A DNA stretch of 32,000 nt from Haloarcula halobia (lineage in GTDB: Archaea > Halobacteriota > Halobacteria > Halobacteriales > Haloarculaceae), in contig NZ_CP119787.1 of the NCBI RefSeq assembly GCF_029338255.1, forward strand, positions 2,587,631 through 2,619,630, written 5' to 3'. Shown here in pieces: positions 7,886-17,203 of this stretch (position 1 is its first letter; each line of letters begins with the position of its first letter). The notes under the pieces are model-generated. The model was not told where the DNA came from and made no database searches. It worked only from the letters and a program-made list of their open reading frames with translations. The translations under genes and the position numbers were made by a program.

Positions 7886-10800
7886 TCACAATATTTCTTC
7901 GAATTCGAATTCTGAGTCATATCCATCTCGAACAAACACATCGGGATCATCTGTCGGGCGTACGAACGTCTCCGCGATGATCTCCTCATACCTCCCAATA
8001 TCAATGACATCACCGAGATCAATGGCCTCTGAATGACCAAACCCACCCATATGCCCGTAGAAGTCGAGCCAAAGTGAGTGGTCGTCAAAGTCATCAGTAC
8101 TCTGGCTACTAGCTTGGAATAGTCCCTTCCCGCCAATAACAATCACTTTCCGCATCATTCGACTTGCTGCGACATTGAATCTGTTCGGGTCGAAAAGGAA
8201 GTCGGCCAGTCGATTGATGTAGCTTGGATCAGTACTTGTGGCCGCGACAATAATCAAATCCCTCTCGCGCCCTTGAAACTTCTCGACAGTATCGACCTTT
8301 ACCTCCTCAGGGACCTCATCAGAGGTGTTGAGTGCTTCTTTCTGCCGATTAAACGGTACAACAACCCCGACAGTAATTTCATTTTCCGGGTCCGTAGTGT
8401 CAGAGTGTTCGTCGACTACATCGTAATGAGAGACGATCTCCTCAATAAGCGACTGTTCGATCGGACTTCGCTTTTCGGCTGTTGAGTCCGTGTGTTCTAA
8501 TAATGATATGCGAGTCTCAGGTTCAAACACCGGCTCTAACGGCTCGGGTACGTCCCCCTGTGGAGTAGGGAATGGCGGGTGGTTGGCGCAACTGGTCAAC
8601 TCAATTCCGTCCTGCTGGTAGACGAGGTCTGTATGCATCTGTGCAGGCTCGTCGGGGAGTCGATATGTGTATGTGAGCTGGTGGAGCGGAATAGTGTCAT
8701 CTTCGTTCTCAAGGTCTGGCGGTTCTCGACGGATGTGTTCAAGGGTGTCTGGATCGATTTCTCCACGTAGGAAACGATGGAAGTTCAATGCCGATAGGAA
8801 GGGTGTGTTCAATTCGATTGGCCGCCGATCTTCTCTCTCCCATTCGTGTTGCTGGATCGGTTCCATCTGCCGATGGTCCCCTACTAATCCAATCTGACCG
8901 TCTTGGCGCAGGAAGGCTCCAACGAGGAGATACAACGGCAGATCCATCATACTGGCCTCGTCAACTAGGATCATATCTGCATACCTGGCATCACCGTTGC
9001 TCATAACCGTCTCCCCATCGCTATCTTCGGCGTACTCTGCCATCTTGTCGATAGCTCGATAGAGGGAGGCGGGTGTGCCAGCCATGATGAGTTGGTCTGT
9101 CTGCTCATCAGCCTCATCATTAATATAGGAGTCATACAGTTCCTCAAGCCGGTCGGCAGCATCGTCGTCACTGTAGTGGATATGTTCGACGGAATCTAGG
9201 TCAACGCCCTGTCCCTCACTAGAGCAAATCCGTACGATATCGAGATCATCAAACTCAGTATCGAGGTCGGCATGGAGTTCAGCTACACTCCGCAACGCTT
9301 CATCAACCGCATCGTGAGATAACGCCGAAATAAGACCAACAAACCGAGAATCCGACGTCTCGACAGTGGTAGCATGATGGACTCGACTAAGTAATGTCGG
9401 TGCAAGAGTGAATTTTGTTTTTCCCGTTCCAGGTGGACCCTGTAGAAGCATCACACCGCTGTTCGTGTCGGTTATAAACCCATGCTGATCTTCATTAGGC
9501 CCCGGCACAGCGCATTCCTCGTCGACATCAGCGTCGTCCTCTGAATCTGGATTATCGTCTAACTCACGAATGAGATCAATAAATGGTTCTAGAGCATCAG
9601 GGTCAGGGCCAGCGACTGAGAGGTCCTCCCGATCACCATTGAACACTTGAGCGAGCCGCTGATAGACGACGTTTTCATCGATGCGACCGGGTTCAAGGGC
9701 CGTCGCAGCACGAGATTGGGGAATCATATCTACACTGGGATCGAGCACATATTCGAGGGGATCGCCACTAAGCGACTCTTCTAAAGAAACGCCCCAATCG
9801 GAGGGATCATGATCGTCTGCAGTCATCCAGTCCTGGTGCTCGACACAATACATTTCGTCTGCAGTGTCACCTTGAGGCCAATCTCCGAGTACCGATCCTT
9901 CAATAGTCCCACTATCCAAATCGACGTCATCGACGATCGTCGTCGGATGGCGCTCGATGTATATTGGGTTATCCTGGTACACTTCTTCTGGTATCTCGCC
10001 AGTGTCGGTCAATTGGGTTAGCACGCACCACTCGTCAACCGAAAGCGGGTTCGGCGCGATACTGTCGTGGTGCTCTGGATCATACGGCTCACGGTTGTAG
10101 CGCAACAAGTCACCATCGATGTATGCATCATCGAAACCCGAGTCGTTTCTGTCGATTCGGGGCCGTGTATTCTCGAAAATAACGGCTTCGCCTGATGCAG
10201 CCCGTTCGATGAGTGGTTGCCGATAGTACGATTCTAACCGATTCTGTTCAGACCAGAACTCTAATTGCTGGTACTCACGAACCGCATCAGCCAACGAACG
10301 GGGCCGGAAGTGAATATCACGGAACGAGCCGGTTCGAAGTGGCTCCTTATCAACGAAAGCATCCTTGTTCCAAGTGCTCCGCTCGATATGGCGAATCGCG
10401 TACGAGAACTGCTGGGCAAGAAGCGTCACATCCTCTTCGGTGATGCGTTCAGAGTGGGTCGCAGAACGATAGAGGTAGTCTCGAACGAGATCAGGATCAT
10501 CGCTCACATCCGGATCTAACTCGTTATGAATTCCCCAGATATATTCTAAGGGTATCTGGTCAGCCTCACGGTTGGAAACTGGATACGCCCAACTCGCCAA
10601 ATTATGACTGTCTGGATCTACATTACGCGAGACCGCATGATCAAGTTCAATCCCGCCAGACGGGTTACCGTGACCTACGAGTCCATCGAAGAGCCCCCTC
10701 TCAAAGAGAGTGGTTAAATCGACTTCCTCACCATCCTCACGTGTTGCGATCCATTGGAACCAGCCACTGTCATCAGTCCACTGATCCGATGTGTTGCGCA

Positions 10801-12475
10801 TATACTGGGCAGTCGTTTGCAACAACCCCAATCCAGCAAAGCGGAAAGCGTACCGTTCCCGGAAGTCTTGCTGCAACACCGACACCATCTCTTGATCGAT
10901 TCCCGGCCGAAGCCCTAACAGCGTCCGGACAGCCTCTGAACCGTGAACATCGGGATGGCGACGCAATGCAGCAAGTAACGACTGGCGCTGGTGGTAACTA
11001 TAAAAATACAGGTGAGGGAACCCTTCTGATTCAGCTAAGCCTTCCGACCGCAAATCGGGTGCGACCTGAGCGATTGCCTCCCCAAGTTGTGCGAAAAATT
11101 CACGGAGAAGTTGTCGCTCCTGATAATCCTTGTCGTCAGGGTCGGTGTGGATGGCATCAATTATCTGGCTTACGTCTCTTCCTTCGTCGGACCTCGAATT
11201 CTCAACATAGGCATTCAGCAGCGTGACACGATCAAGCGCAGGGTCATGTTGAACAAAGAGATAAATCCGAATAAGCGCACCTGACGGATAGTCGGCCCCG
11301 CCCGGATAAGAGCGCCCATGCTCATCTCGCGGTAGGTTATACCCTGACCCTTGCAGGTGGTGCCCCCATAAGTCTGGGTCTGAACCATAGTCAGCGTCCA
11401 ATTCGGTCAGAAAATGATACGCGATCTGCGACCGCATCTGCAAATTAGTGAGGTCTGTTTGTTCCCGGACTGCCTCAACTAGCTCGTGATTTCGCGGAGT
11501 GAGTGCCCCCGCATCCGTGTGCGAGCTATCTGATCCCGGTTGGTCAAATAACAGTGCAAAATCTTCGAGGTCAGTAATCCCGCCATCTATCTCAATCCCT
11601 TCCAAAGCGTCCTGAGTACTGGGATCGAATCCAAGGAGTTCCAATCCTTTTGACTCAGCAGCACGCGTCATACAGACAGACTCATACTCACATCCCGAAC
11701 AACGCCGATCAATTCGATTCCGCGTCATATCGAACTCAGCGTCAAGTATCTGATCGAATTCATTCCCTGGACTAAGCTTCAATCTGAGTTTCCCCAGATA
11801 CCGGGAATAGTCGAAGTCTTCGACGCTACCCATCCCACCCCGGAAATCATTCTGCTGTGTAATGACCGTCGCAAAAATTCGATCGAGAGAGCACTCGACT
11901 CCTACGTCTGTCGCTACTTGGTTTACCAAACTCGCATATGCCGCTGCCTGATACGAATGAGGAACTTTCCGCTCGTCCGAGTTCTTCAACTCGGCGAGAA
12001 GGACTCGAATCGAATCCTGTTCTGCAGTCAGGAACACCAAGTCTGCAGTTCCAGAGACATCGTAGGCCCCGATCTCACCCGAAAGACTAGGTTGGTGGAC
12101 AACCATCACATCATCCTCAGGCCCGCGTGTCCCTGCCTCTCGAAGAAGGTCAGCTACGGCCGACTCGGGAATAGACCGGTCATCACCGATCGTCCGGTCG
12201 TATCCATCCCAATCACTCTCAGCAGGACCAATGAACTCGTACGTCGCCTCGTCTAAGGCGTCTAACTGCCGGTATTCGAAATCGACACCCTCTCCCATCA
12301 AAACAGGACTTTTTTCATCAGTATCCCACTGGCGGCTATGCAGTTCCACCTGCGCGTCGTCATCATACTTCCACGTCAAATACATCTGACAAGACTCTAC
12401 AGAGAAATACCGACCAATCGTACTCGGATTTAGTGTTGGGCGGGTAGTCGACATCTGCTCCTTCCATCGCACCAT
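7886..12475 (-). CDS. Dna2-like nuclease-helicase: N-terminal Cas4/RecB-type Fe-S nuclease plus C-terminal SF1 (Upf1/Dna2-like) helicase
   Basis: A 1529-aa ORF. In the N-terminus, ADLVFLTAE...LLAELKNS...HSYQAAAYA matches the D...E-x-K...Q-x-x-x-Y pattern. A Cys in ESCQMY plus CSGCEYESVC (C-x2-C-x5-C) matches the Cas4/AddB-type 4-Cys cluster pattern. The C-terminus has Walker A LLQGPPGTGKTKF (nt 9416..9439), Walker B ILVDEASMM, and the late helicase motifs TVEKFQGRERDLIIV and NVAASRMMRKVIVIG. About 750 aa between the two domains have no recognisable motifs. Confidence 0.8.
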   Translation of the reverse strand: MVRWKEQMSTTRPTLNPSTIGRYFSVESCQMYLTWKYDDDAQVELHSRQWDTDEKSPVLMGEGVDFEYRQLDALDEATYEFIGPAESDWDGYDRTIGDDRSIPESAVADLLREAGTRGPEDDVMVVHQPSLSGEIGAYDVSGTADLVFLTAEQDSIRVLLAELKNSDERKVPHSYQAAAYASLVNQVATDVGVECSLDRIFATVITQQNDFRGGMGSVEDFDYSRYLGKLRLKLSPGNEFDQILDAEFDMTRNRIDRRCSGCEYESVCMTRAAESKGLELLGFDPSTQDALEGIEIDGGITDLEDFALLFDQPGSDSSHTDAGALTPRNHELVEAVREQTDLTNLQMRSQIAYHFLTELDADYGSDPDLWGHHLQGSGYNLPRDEHGRSYPGGADYPSGALIRIYLFVQHDPALDRVTLLNAYVENSRSDEGRDVSQIIDAIHTDPDDKDYQERQLLREFFAQLGEAIAQVAPDLRSEGLAESEGFPHLYFYSYHQRQSLLAALRRHPDVHGSEAVRTLLGLRPGIDQEMVSVLQQDFRERYAFRFAGLGLLQTTAQYMRNTSDQWTDDSGWFQWIATREDGEEVDLTTLFERGLFDGLVGHGNPSGGIELDHAVSRNVDPDSHNLASWAYPVSNREADQIPLEYIWGIHNELDPDVSDDPDLVRDYLYRSATHSERITEEDVTLLAQQFSYAIRHIERSTWNKDAFVDKEPLRTGSFRDIHFRPRSLADAVREYQQLEFWSEQNRLESYYRQPLIERAASGEAVIFENTRPRIDRNDSGFDDAYIDGDLLRYNREPYDPEHHDSIAPNPLSVDEWCVLTQLTDTGEIPEEVYQDNPIYIERHPTTIVDDVDLDSGTIEGSVLGDWPQGDTADEMYCVEHQDWMTADDHDPSDWGVSLEESLSGDPLEYVLDPSVDMIPQSRAATALEPGRIDENVVYQRLAQVFNGDREDLSVAGPDPDALEPFIDLIRELDDNPDSEDDADVDEECAVPGPNEDQHGFITDTNSGVMLLQGPPGTGKTKFTLAPTLLSRVHHATTVETSDSRFVGLISALSHDAVDEALRSVAELHADLDTEFDDLDIVRICSSEGQGVDLDSVEHIHYSDDDAADRLEELYDSYINDEADEQTDQLIMAGTPASLYRAIDKMAEYAEDSDGETVMSNGDARYADMILVDEASMMDLPLYLLVGAFLRQDGQIGLVGDHRQMEPIQQHEWEREDRRPIELNTPFLSALNFHRFLRGEIDPDTLEHIRREPPDLENEDDTIPLHQLTYTYRLPDEPAQMHTDLVYQQDGIELTSCANHPPFPTPQGDVPEPLEPVFEPETRISLLEHTDSTAEKRSPIEQSLIEEIVSHYDVVDEHSDTTDPENEITVGVVVPFNRQKEALNTSDEVPEEVKVDTVEKFQGRERDLIIVAATSTDPSYINRLADFLFDPNRFNVAASRMMRKVIVIGGKGLFQASSQSTDDFDDHSLWLDFYGHMGGFGHSEAIDLGDVIDIGRYEEIIAETFVRPTDDPDVFVRDGYDSEFEFEEIL

Positions 12476-12637
12476 TGAAATAAATAACCCCGGCTATTTT
12501 CGCTTTCTAGACTCCGGAACATTACGGATTACTAACTCCTCGTACTGTGTCTACTACTTGTGCTTATATCAAAATTCCCGAATGTACAGACATCCGGGAA
12601 GCAGCGTTACTCGATGTGATACGAGCCCTACCTTCCC

Positions 12638-13351
12638 TCACAGCTCAGCGTAATTCGGACGTTCCTTGTATTGAATAGGATCCTCGACGCCAGCTTCCTG
12701 GAAGGCTTTGAGGCGATAGGCACAGGCGTCACAGGTGCCACAGGCCGGGGCTTCTTCCCGGTAACAGCTCCACGTCAGTTCGTACGGGACATCCAGTTCG
12801 AGGCCGCGTTCCGCAATCGCTGTCTTCGTCCAGTCCACGAACGGCGCTACTAACTCGATCGATGTCTCCGGTTTCGTCCCCACGTCGATAACCTGCTGAA
12901 ACGCGTCAAAGAACTCGGGACGGCAGTCGGGATACCCGGAATAGTCCTCGCTGTGCGTTCCGATAAACACTGCACTGCAGTCATTGGCTTCGGCGTACGA
13001 AGTCGCCATTGACAGCAGGTTCGAGTTCCTGAACGGGACGTAACTCGACGGAATCTCATCGCTGCCGAGATCAACTTCCTCGACATCGATACTGTCGTCG
13101 GTCAGGCTGGAGGCACCGATCCTGGCCAAGTGGTCGGTCTCGATATGGAGAAAGTCAGCCACCTCCATATACTCGGCCAACTGTTGAGCACATGCAGACT
13201 CCTTGTCCGCTGTCTGCTGGCCGTAGGTCGTGTGGAGAAAATACAGGTTGTATCCTCGTCGCTGTGCCTCGAAGGCTGCCGTTGCACTATCCATTCCGCC
13301 CGATACCAAGACAACCGCACCGTCCCGCTCCTTCGTTTGTTCAGTCGTCAT
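12638..13351 (-). CDS. queC: 7-cyano-7-deazaguanine (preQ0) synthase QueC
   Basis: A 237-aa ORF with the PP-loop VVLVSGGMDSATAA, a conserved FVPFRN-like segment (YVPFRNSNLL), and a C-terminal Zn-binding Cys cluster (WSCY...CGTCDACAYR). Confidence 0.9.
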   Translation of the reverse strand: MTTEQTKERDGAVVLVSGGMDSATAAFEAQRRGYNLYFLHTTYGQQTADKESACAQQLAEYMEVADFLHIETDHLARIGASSLTDDSIDVEEVDLGSDEIPSSYVPFRNSNLLSMATSYAEANDCSAVFIGTHSEDYSGYPDCRPEFFDAFQQVIDVGTKPETSIELVAPFVDWTKTAIAERGLELDVPYELTWSCYREEAPACGTCDACAYRLKAFQEAGVEDPIQYKERPNYAEL

Positions 13352-13360
13352 AGCTGTGTT

Positions 13361-14143
13361 CTATGTTTCTGGTGCGTCGTTCCAGAGGTCGACGTGGAGC
13401 CGTGGTGTATACTGGTAGCCGTGCTCCATAGCCACCTCCGCAGCCACTTCACGCGTTTCCGCCAATCGATCCCGGGTCGCTCCCTCCGGCATCAACAATA
13501 CGTCCGAATCCCGGATCGGAACACTGGCTGACTCCCGGAGGCGATCAACCAGCCGGTTGATCTCCGGCATATCGTCCCGGCCAGTCACCACGAACTTCAG
13601 CTGGAAGTCGTAGTTCTCCACCAACCGGCAGAGAGCGTCTATGTCTATCCGTCGATCCTTGTGCCGGTCCGCCCATTCGCCGTCGCCCTGTGGATCCTTC
13701 TCTTGGGTCGGCGTGCTGCTCGCCAGTTTTGGACTGATGCTCGCCAGGTCAATAGCGGTGTCTCGGTAGATGGTGCCGTTTGTTTCGACCGTTATATGAT
13801 AGCCGGCGGCACTGAGGCGTTCTATCAGGGTGACTATCTCATCGTGAATCATTGGCTCCCCGCCAGTCACCACGACATGGCCTGCTTCCCCGTGGTCGTT
13901 GACACGATCAACGATAGTGCCGACATCGAGCCAGGAGTGGGTTGGCTGCCAGCTGGTATGGTACGAATCACAGAACCAACACCGTAGATTGCACCCGCTG
14001 GTCCGAACGAAAACGGTCGGCATCCCCGCAAGCTTCCCCTCGCCCTGCAGCGAATAGAACAACTCATTAACCGGCAACCCCTCTTGGGCTTCCGTAGTGG
14101 TTACATCGTCATCGATCGTTTCGGCATCCGAGCTTACCGGCAT
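13361..14143 (-). CDS. queE: 7-carboxy-7-deazaguanine synthase QueE (radical SAM)
   Basis: Contains FYSLQGEGKLAGMPTVFVRTSGCNLRCWFCDS, the QueE-type N-terminal motif plus the radical-SAM Cys triad C-x3-C-x2-C. I place the start at the internal ATG (MPVSSDAE) at 14143, which leaves 4 nt after the queD stop. The track ORF extends to 14176. Confidence 0.88.
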   Translation of the reverse strand: MPVSSDAETIDDDVTTTEAQEGLPVNELFYSLQGEGKLAGMPTVFVRTSGCNLRCWFCDSYHTSWQPTHSWLDVGTIVDRVNDHGEAGHVVVTGGEPMIHDEIVTLIERLSAAGYHITVETNGTIYRDTAIDLASISPKLASSTPTQEKDPQGDGEWADRHKDRRIDIDALCRLVENYDFQLKFVVTGRDDMPEINRLVDRLRESASVPIRDSDVLLMPEGATRDRLAETREVAAEVAMEHGYQYTPRLHVDLWNDAPET

Positions 14144-14147
14144 CGCT

Positions 14148-14615
14148 CTACACCGGCCCTCCAGCAGCAAGTTCACCAGTCTCCCGAACCTCGACTACGA
14201 TATCACTGACCGTGTCCGGCAACGTTTCTTTAAGCCGTCGTTCAAGAGTGATTCCCATCACTTCGGCTGTCGGTGGCTGATTGAGGACGATCAGAGCATC
14301 GCCGTCGCCACTGGCCTCAAAAGCCTCGATCAGTGGATCACCCTTCTCCACGAGAAATCGGTGATCCCACTCAGATAATACAGAAGTGATGTCTCCCTTG
14401 TCGATGACCCACCCTTCGCTGGTCAGAGTGCCAGTTATCGAGACGCTGACTTTGTAGTTATGCCCATGAGGACGGCTGCACTTGCCGTCATGGTGTAGAA
14501 TCCGGTGTCCTGTACTCAGGCGAATCGGCCGCTCACGTCCGACGTGTAAGGTTCGCTCAGTCTCGGAGAGATCCTTCGATGTGAAGAAGTACTCCTCAGA
14601 TAGGTCTTGGGCCAT
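14148..14615 (-). CDS. queD: 6-carboxy-5,6,7,8-tetrahydropterin synthase QueD
   Basis: A 155-aa ORF of PTPS/QueD-typical size. It carries the QueD/PTPS motif CSRPHGHNYKV, which holds the catalytic Cys and the Zn-binding His residues. Confidence 0.85.
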   Translation of the reverse strand: MAQDLSEEYFFTSKDLSETERTLHVGRERPIRLSTGHRILHHDGKCSRPHGHNYKVSVSITGTLTSEGWVIDKGDITSVLSEWDHRFLVEKGDPLIEAFEASGDGDALIVLNQPPTAEVMGITLERRLKETLPDTVSDIVVEVRETGELAAGGPV

Positions 14616-14758
14616 ACTGCAATATTATCTGAGGCATACTTAACTTTGAACCACTTGCCGAAAGTTATGGTAACTTCGGAAATGTGTCTGTGATGTGACG
14701 GTTTTGAGAACGAGAAGTTAATTGAGGGCAACGATAGAGTTACTACACAGGTCATTTG
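14616..14758. promoter_or_regulatory. AT-rich divergent intergenic region between queDEC and the TGT operon; presumed bidirectional promoter
   Basis: A 143-nt gap between divergently oriented start codons. It is visibly AT-richer than the flanking genes and has TATA-like stretches (cttaacttt, aagttatgg, aagttaattg). No transcription start evidence is available. Confidence 0.3.
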
Positions 14759-16660
14759 ATGTCGGCATTCAGGACTCTTGGAAAGGCTACATACGGCCGT
14801 CGAGGCGAAATAGACACGCCTGCCGGCCGTATCCAGACGCCCGAACTTCTGCCTGTGGTAAACCTAATCGGAGGAACGACAACAGAATCCGGTGGTATCT
14901 GGCGGTATACCCGTCGCCATCTCTTCGAGAGTGACAGCGTCCAGGGAATTATGTTTCAAGCGATGTCGTTTCTCGACTACAATCTCACCCCCGACAATTT
15001 GGAGGAGTGGCGTGAGAAGCCGCTCAAACAGCATTTCGAGGAGAGTGACGTTGAACCAGGGTTTGATCAACCGCTATTTATCGACTCGGGCGGATTTAAG
15101 CTGATGAACTCGACGAAGTTCGGACAGACGCCTGGCGAAGGCGGTAGTGAGAACGACTGGGATATTTACACGAATCCAGAGAGCATCTTGGACTTGCAGC
15201 TTGACTACGGCGCGGATATCATTGCCACGTTGGACTTTCCGATTCCACAGAACCTGAATAAGGAAGAAACCACTGAACGGATGGAGAAGAGTATCGATAA
15301 CGCGGTTGAGACTCTCCAGTTGCTCGACGAACGCGAACTGGAGGAGACGCCGTCGATGTATGTGGCCATACACGGCCACAACTACGAGGATGTCAACTGG
15401 TATGTCAGTCAATTTCTGGACCGCGCCGATGAACTTGATGAAGCCTTCGAGGGGTTCGCACTCGGTTCGCTCGTCCCTCTCAGTAGCTCCCCTGACACCT
15501 TGGTCGATATCGTCCAAGGGGCAAGAGACGCGATACCCGAGGACCGTTACGACGAAATCGCATTCCACGTCTTCGGCATAAGCGGAAGGCTGTGTCCTCT
15601 ACTATCTCTCCTCGGGGTAGATACGTTCGATTCGAGAAGCTATCAGTACGCAGCCCGGAACAAGAAATTCATCCACCCAGACACCTGGCAACGGATTAGC
15701 CTGGATCAGATTGATGACTGGGATGACTGGCCCTGTGACTGCCAGGCCTGTCAGAACATCCACTTAGACGATATGCGACACGCCCTGCTGGAATCCGAGG
15801 TCAGTAACAAGCCCATCGAAGGTGAACACGGGACTCATTTCAAGAGCGAATACTACGCGCAGATAGCTCATCATAACTTCGAGCTGTACAGCCGCCAGAT
15901 GCAACAAGTTCGTAACGCCATTGACGAGGGGCGTTTACTCGAACGTGTTGCCAACTTCGCTCAGGGAAAGAATATCGTAGAGAAGGGGTTGAAGCGGGCT
16001 CAACTACACAATCCTGAACTCCGTGAACAGCTTGCAGACATTGGTTATGAAGGGTTAGTTGCTGGACCGGATGACGAGACGTTCCAGACCAAGCTATCTA
16101 GCTTCCTCGAAGGGGTCGAGGACACGACACGCAAGAAACGGACCATATCGTTGAAGCACGGGCCAAATGACTTTGACATCCTCCAACGCAACGATTATCA
16201 GCCGCCGAGCGAGGCAGACGTACTGCTGATTCTACCCTGTAGCCAGGAGAAGCCGTATTCGGAATCACGGACACATCAGGCTGTCCTCTCCCGTCTTGAG
16301 GACTACCGTGAGCGATATCATAAGGTGTCCATCTCAGGGCTATACGGGCCGGTACCTGAGGACTTCGAGGAGGCCGACCCGGTGATGAGCTACGAATATG
16401 TATTGACGACTGCCGATGACGACCAAGTTGAACTTGTTGCGAACCGACTTGCTCGTTACCTGAACCGGTACGGTGAGCAATTTGACCAAATTATAGCCTA
16501 CACCACGAACAAAGCCTACCGACGTGCTATCGATACGGCATTCAACCGGTATGGCCGCGGTGAAATATACCCATCTGACCCGCGAGCTCTTCAGCTGACC
16601 GAGCATTTCCGTAATGAAAATATCGACGAGCTCGTTGGCCGATTTGCCAGTTCACAGTAA
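14759..16660 (+). CDS. TGT-family protein fused to an ArcS-type (archaeosine synthase-like) C-terminal domain; no PUA domain evident
   Basis: The N-terminal IQTPELLPVVN, FIDSGGFKL, FHVFGISGRLCPLLSLLGVDTFDS and the Zn motif CDCQAC are tRNA-guanine transglycosylase hallmarks. The C-terminal LPCSQEKPYSESRTHQ (nt 16235..16276) matches the ArcS motif PC-x3-KPY-x2-S-x2-H exactly. The protein ends about 15 aa after that domain. I place the start at ATG 14759; the track begins at TTG 14756. Confidence 0.75.
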   Translation: MSAFRTLGKATYGRRGEIDTPAGRIQTPELLPVVNLIGGTTTESGGIWRYTRRHLFESDSVQGIMFQAMSFLDYNLTPDNLEEWREKPLKQHFEESDVEPGFDQPLFIDSGGFKLMNSTKFGQTPGEGGSENDWDIYTNPESILDLQLDYGADIIATLDFPIPQNLNKEETTERMEKSIDNAVETLQLLDERELEETPSMYVAIHGHNYEDVNWYVSQFLDRADELDEAFEGFALGSLVPLSSSPDTLVDIVQGARDAIPEDRYDEIAFHVFGISGRLCPLLSLLGVDTFDSRSYQYAARNKKFIHPDTWQRISLDQIDDWDDWPCDCQACQNIHLDDMRHALLESEVSNKPIEGEHGTHFKSEYYAQIAHHNFELYSRQMQQVRNAIDEGRLLERVANFAQGKNIVEKGLKRAQLHNPELREQLADIGYEGLVAGPDDETFQTKLSSFLEGVEDTTRKKRTISLKHGPNDFDILQRNDYQPPSEADVLLILPCSQEKPYSESRTHQAVLSRLEDYRERYHKVSISGLYGPVPEDFEEADPVMSYEYVLTTADDDQVELVANRLARYLNRYGEQFDQIIAYTTNKAYRRAIDTAFNRYGRGEIYPSDPRALQLTEHFRNENIDELVGRFASSQ

Positions 16661-16719
16661 TACGTAACCAACCATCCTGCAGACGTCTAGTGGTTATCCC
16701 CAAGAACTAAGGTCTCCTC

Positions 16720-17199
16720 ATGCGATCAGCAGAGTATATGACGTCGTTATTAGTCCAATCGTGTTCTGCAACGAAGGAACAGGTGGATACACCGGTTCCT
16801 GCTCTTGATTTGTACGATGGATACTTCTTCAGGATCATAAAGAAGGCATTGCGCACGGGTCGATTTCAGTCTGGAATTGACATTATGATTATATCTGCGG
16901 AGCACGGAGTTGTAGAACCTGATCAGGAAATCGAATATTATGACCGGCGGATGGACACAGAACGTGCTGACAAACTGAATGACCAAGTCGTCAGCGCTAT
17001 TGCCAGCAAAGTCACTACTAACGGGTATGACAAGGTATGGATCAATCTTGGAAAGGACTATCTTCCCGCTATCGATGGGGTTGAATCTGCCGTTGATGTA
17101 CCCGTTGACTATATCGAAGGCACCGGTATCGGAATGAAGGGAAAGCGGCTGAAGCACCTGGTTTCCAGTGGCCGTTCTATCCCGACGCACGGTGACTGA
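16720..17199 (+). CDS. Stand-alone domain related to the ArcS-type/DUF328-like domain of the upstream ORF
   Basis: A 159-aa ORF. LLVQSCSATKE parallels LLILPCSQEKP in the upstream ORF. IMIISAEHGVVEPDQEIEYYDRRM parallels KVSISGLYGPVPEDFEEADPVMSYEYVL, and also the SGLYGVLRPLD...YRLEM block as I recall it from YaaA/DUF328 proteins. The KPY and S-x2-H parts of the ArcS motif are absent. Confidence 0.5.
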   Translation: MRSAEYMTSLLVQSCSATKEQVDTPVPALDLYDGYFFRIIKKALRTGRFQSGIDIMIISAEHGVVEPDQEIEYYDRRMDTERADKLNDQVVSAIASKVTTNGYDKVWINLGKDYLPAIDGVESAVDVPVDYIEGTGIGMKGKRLKHLVSSGRSIPTHGD

Positions 17200-17203
17200 C
17201 ACT

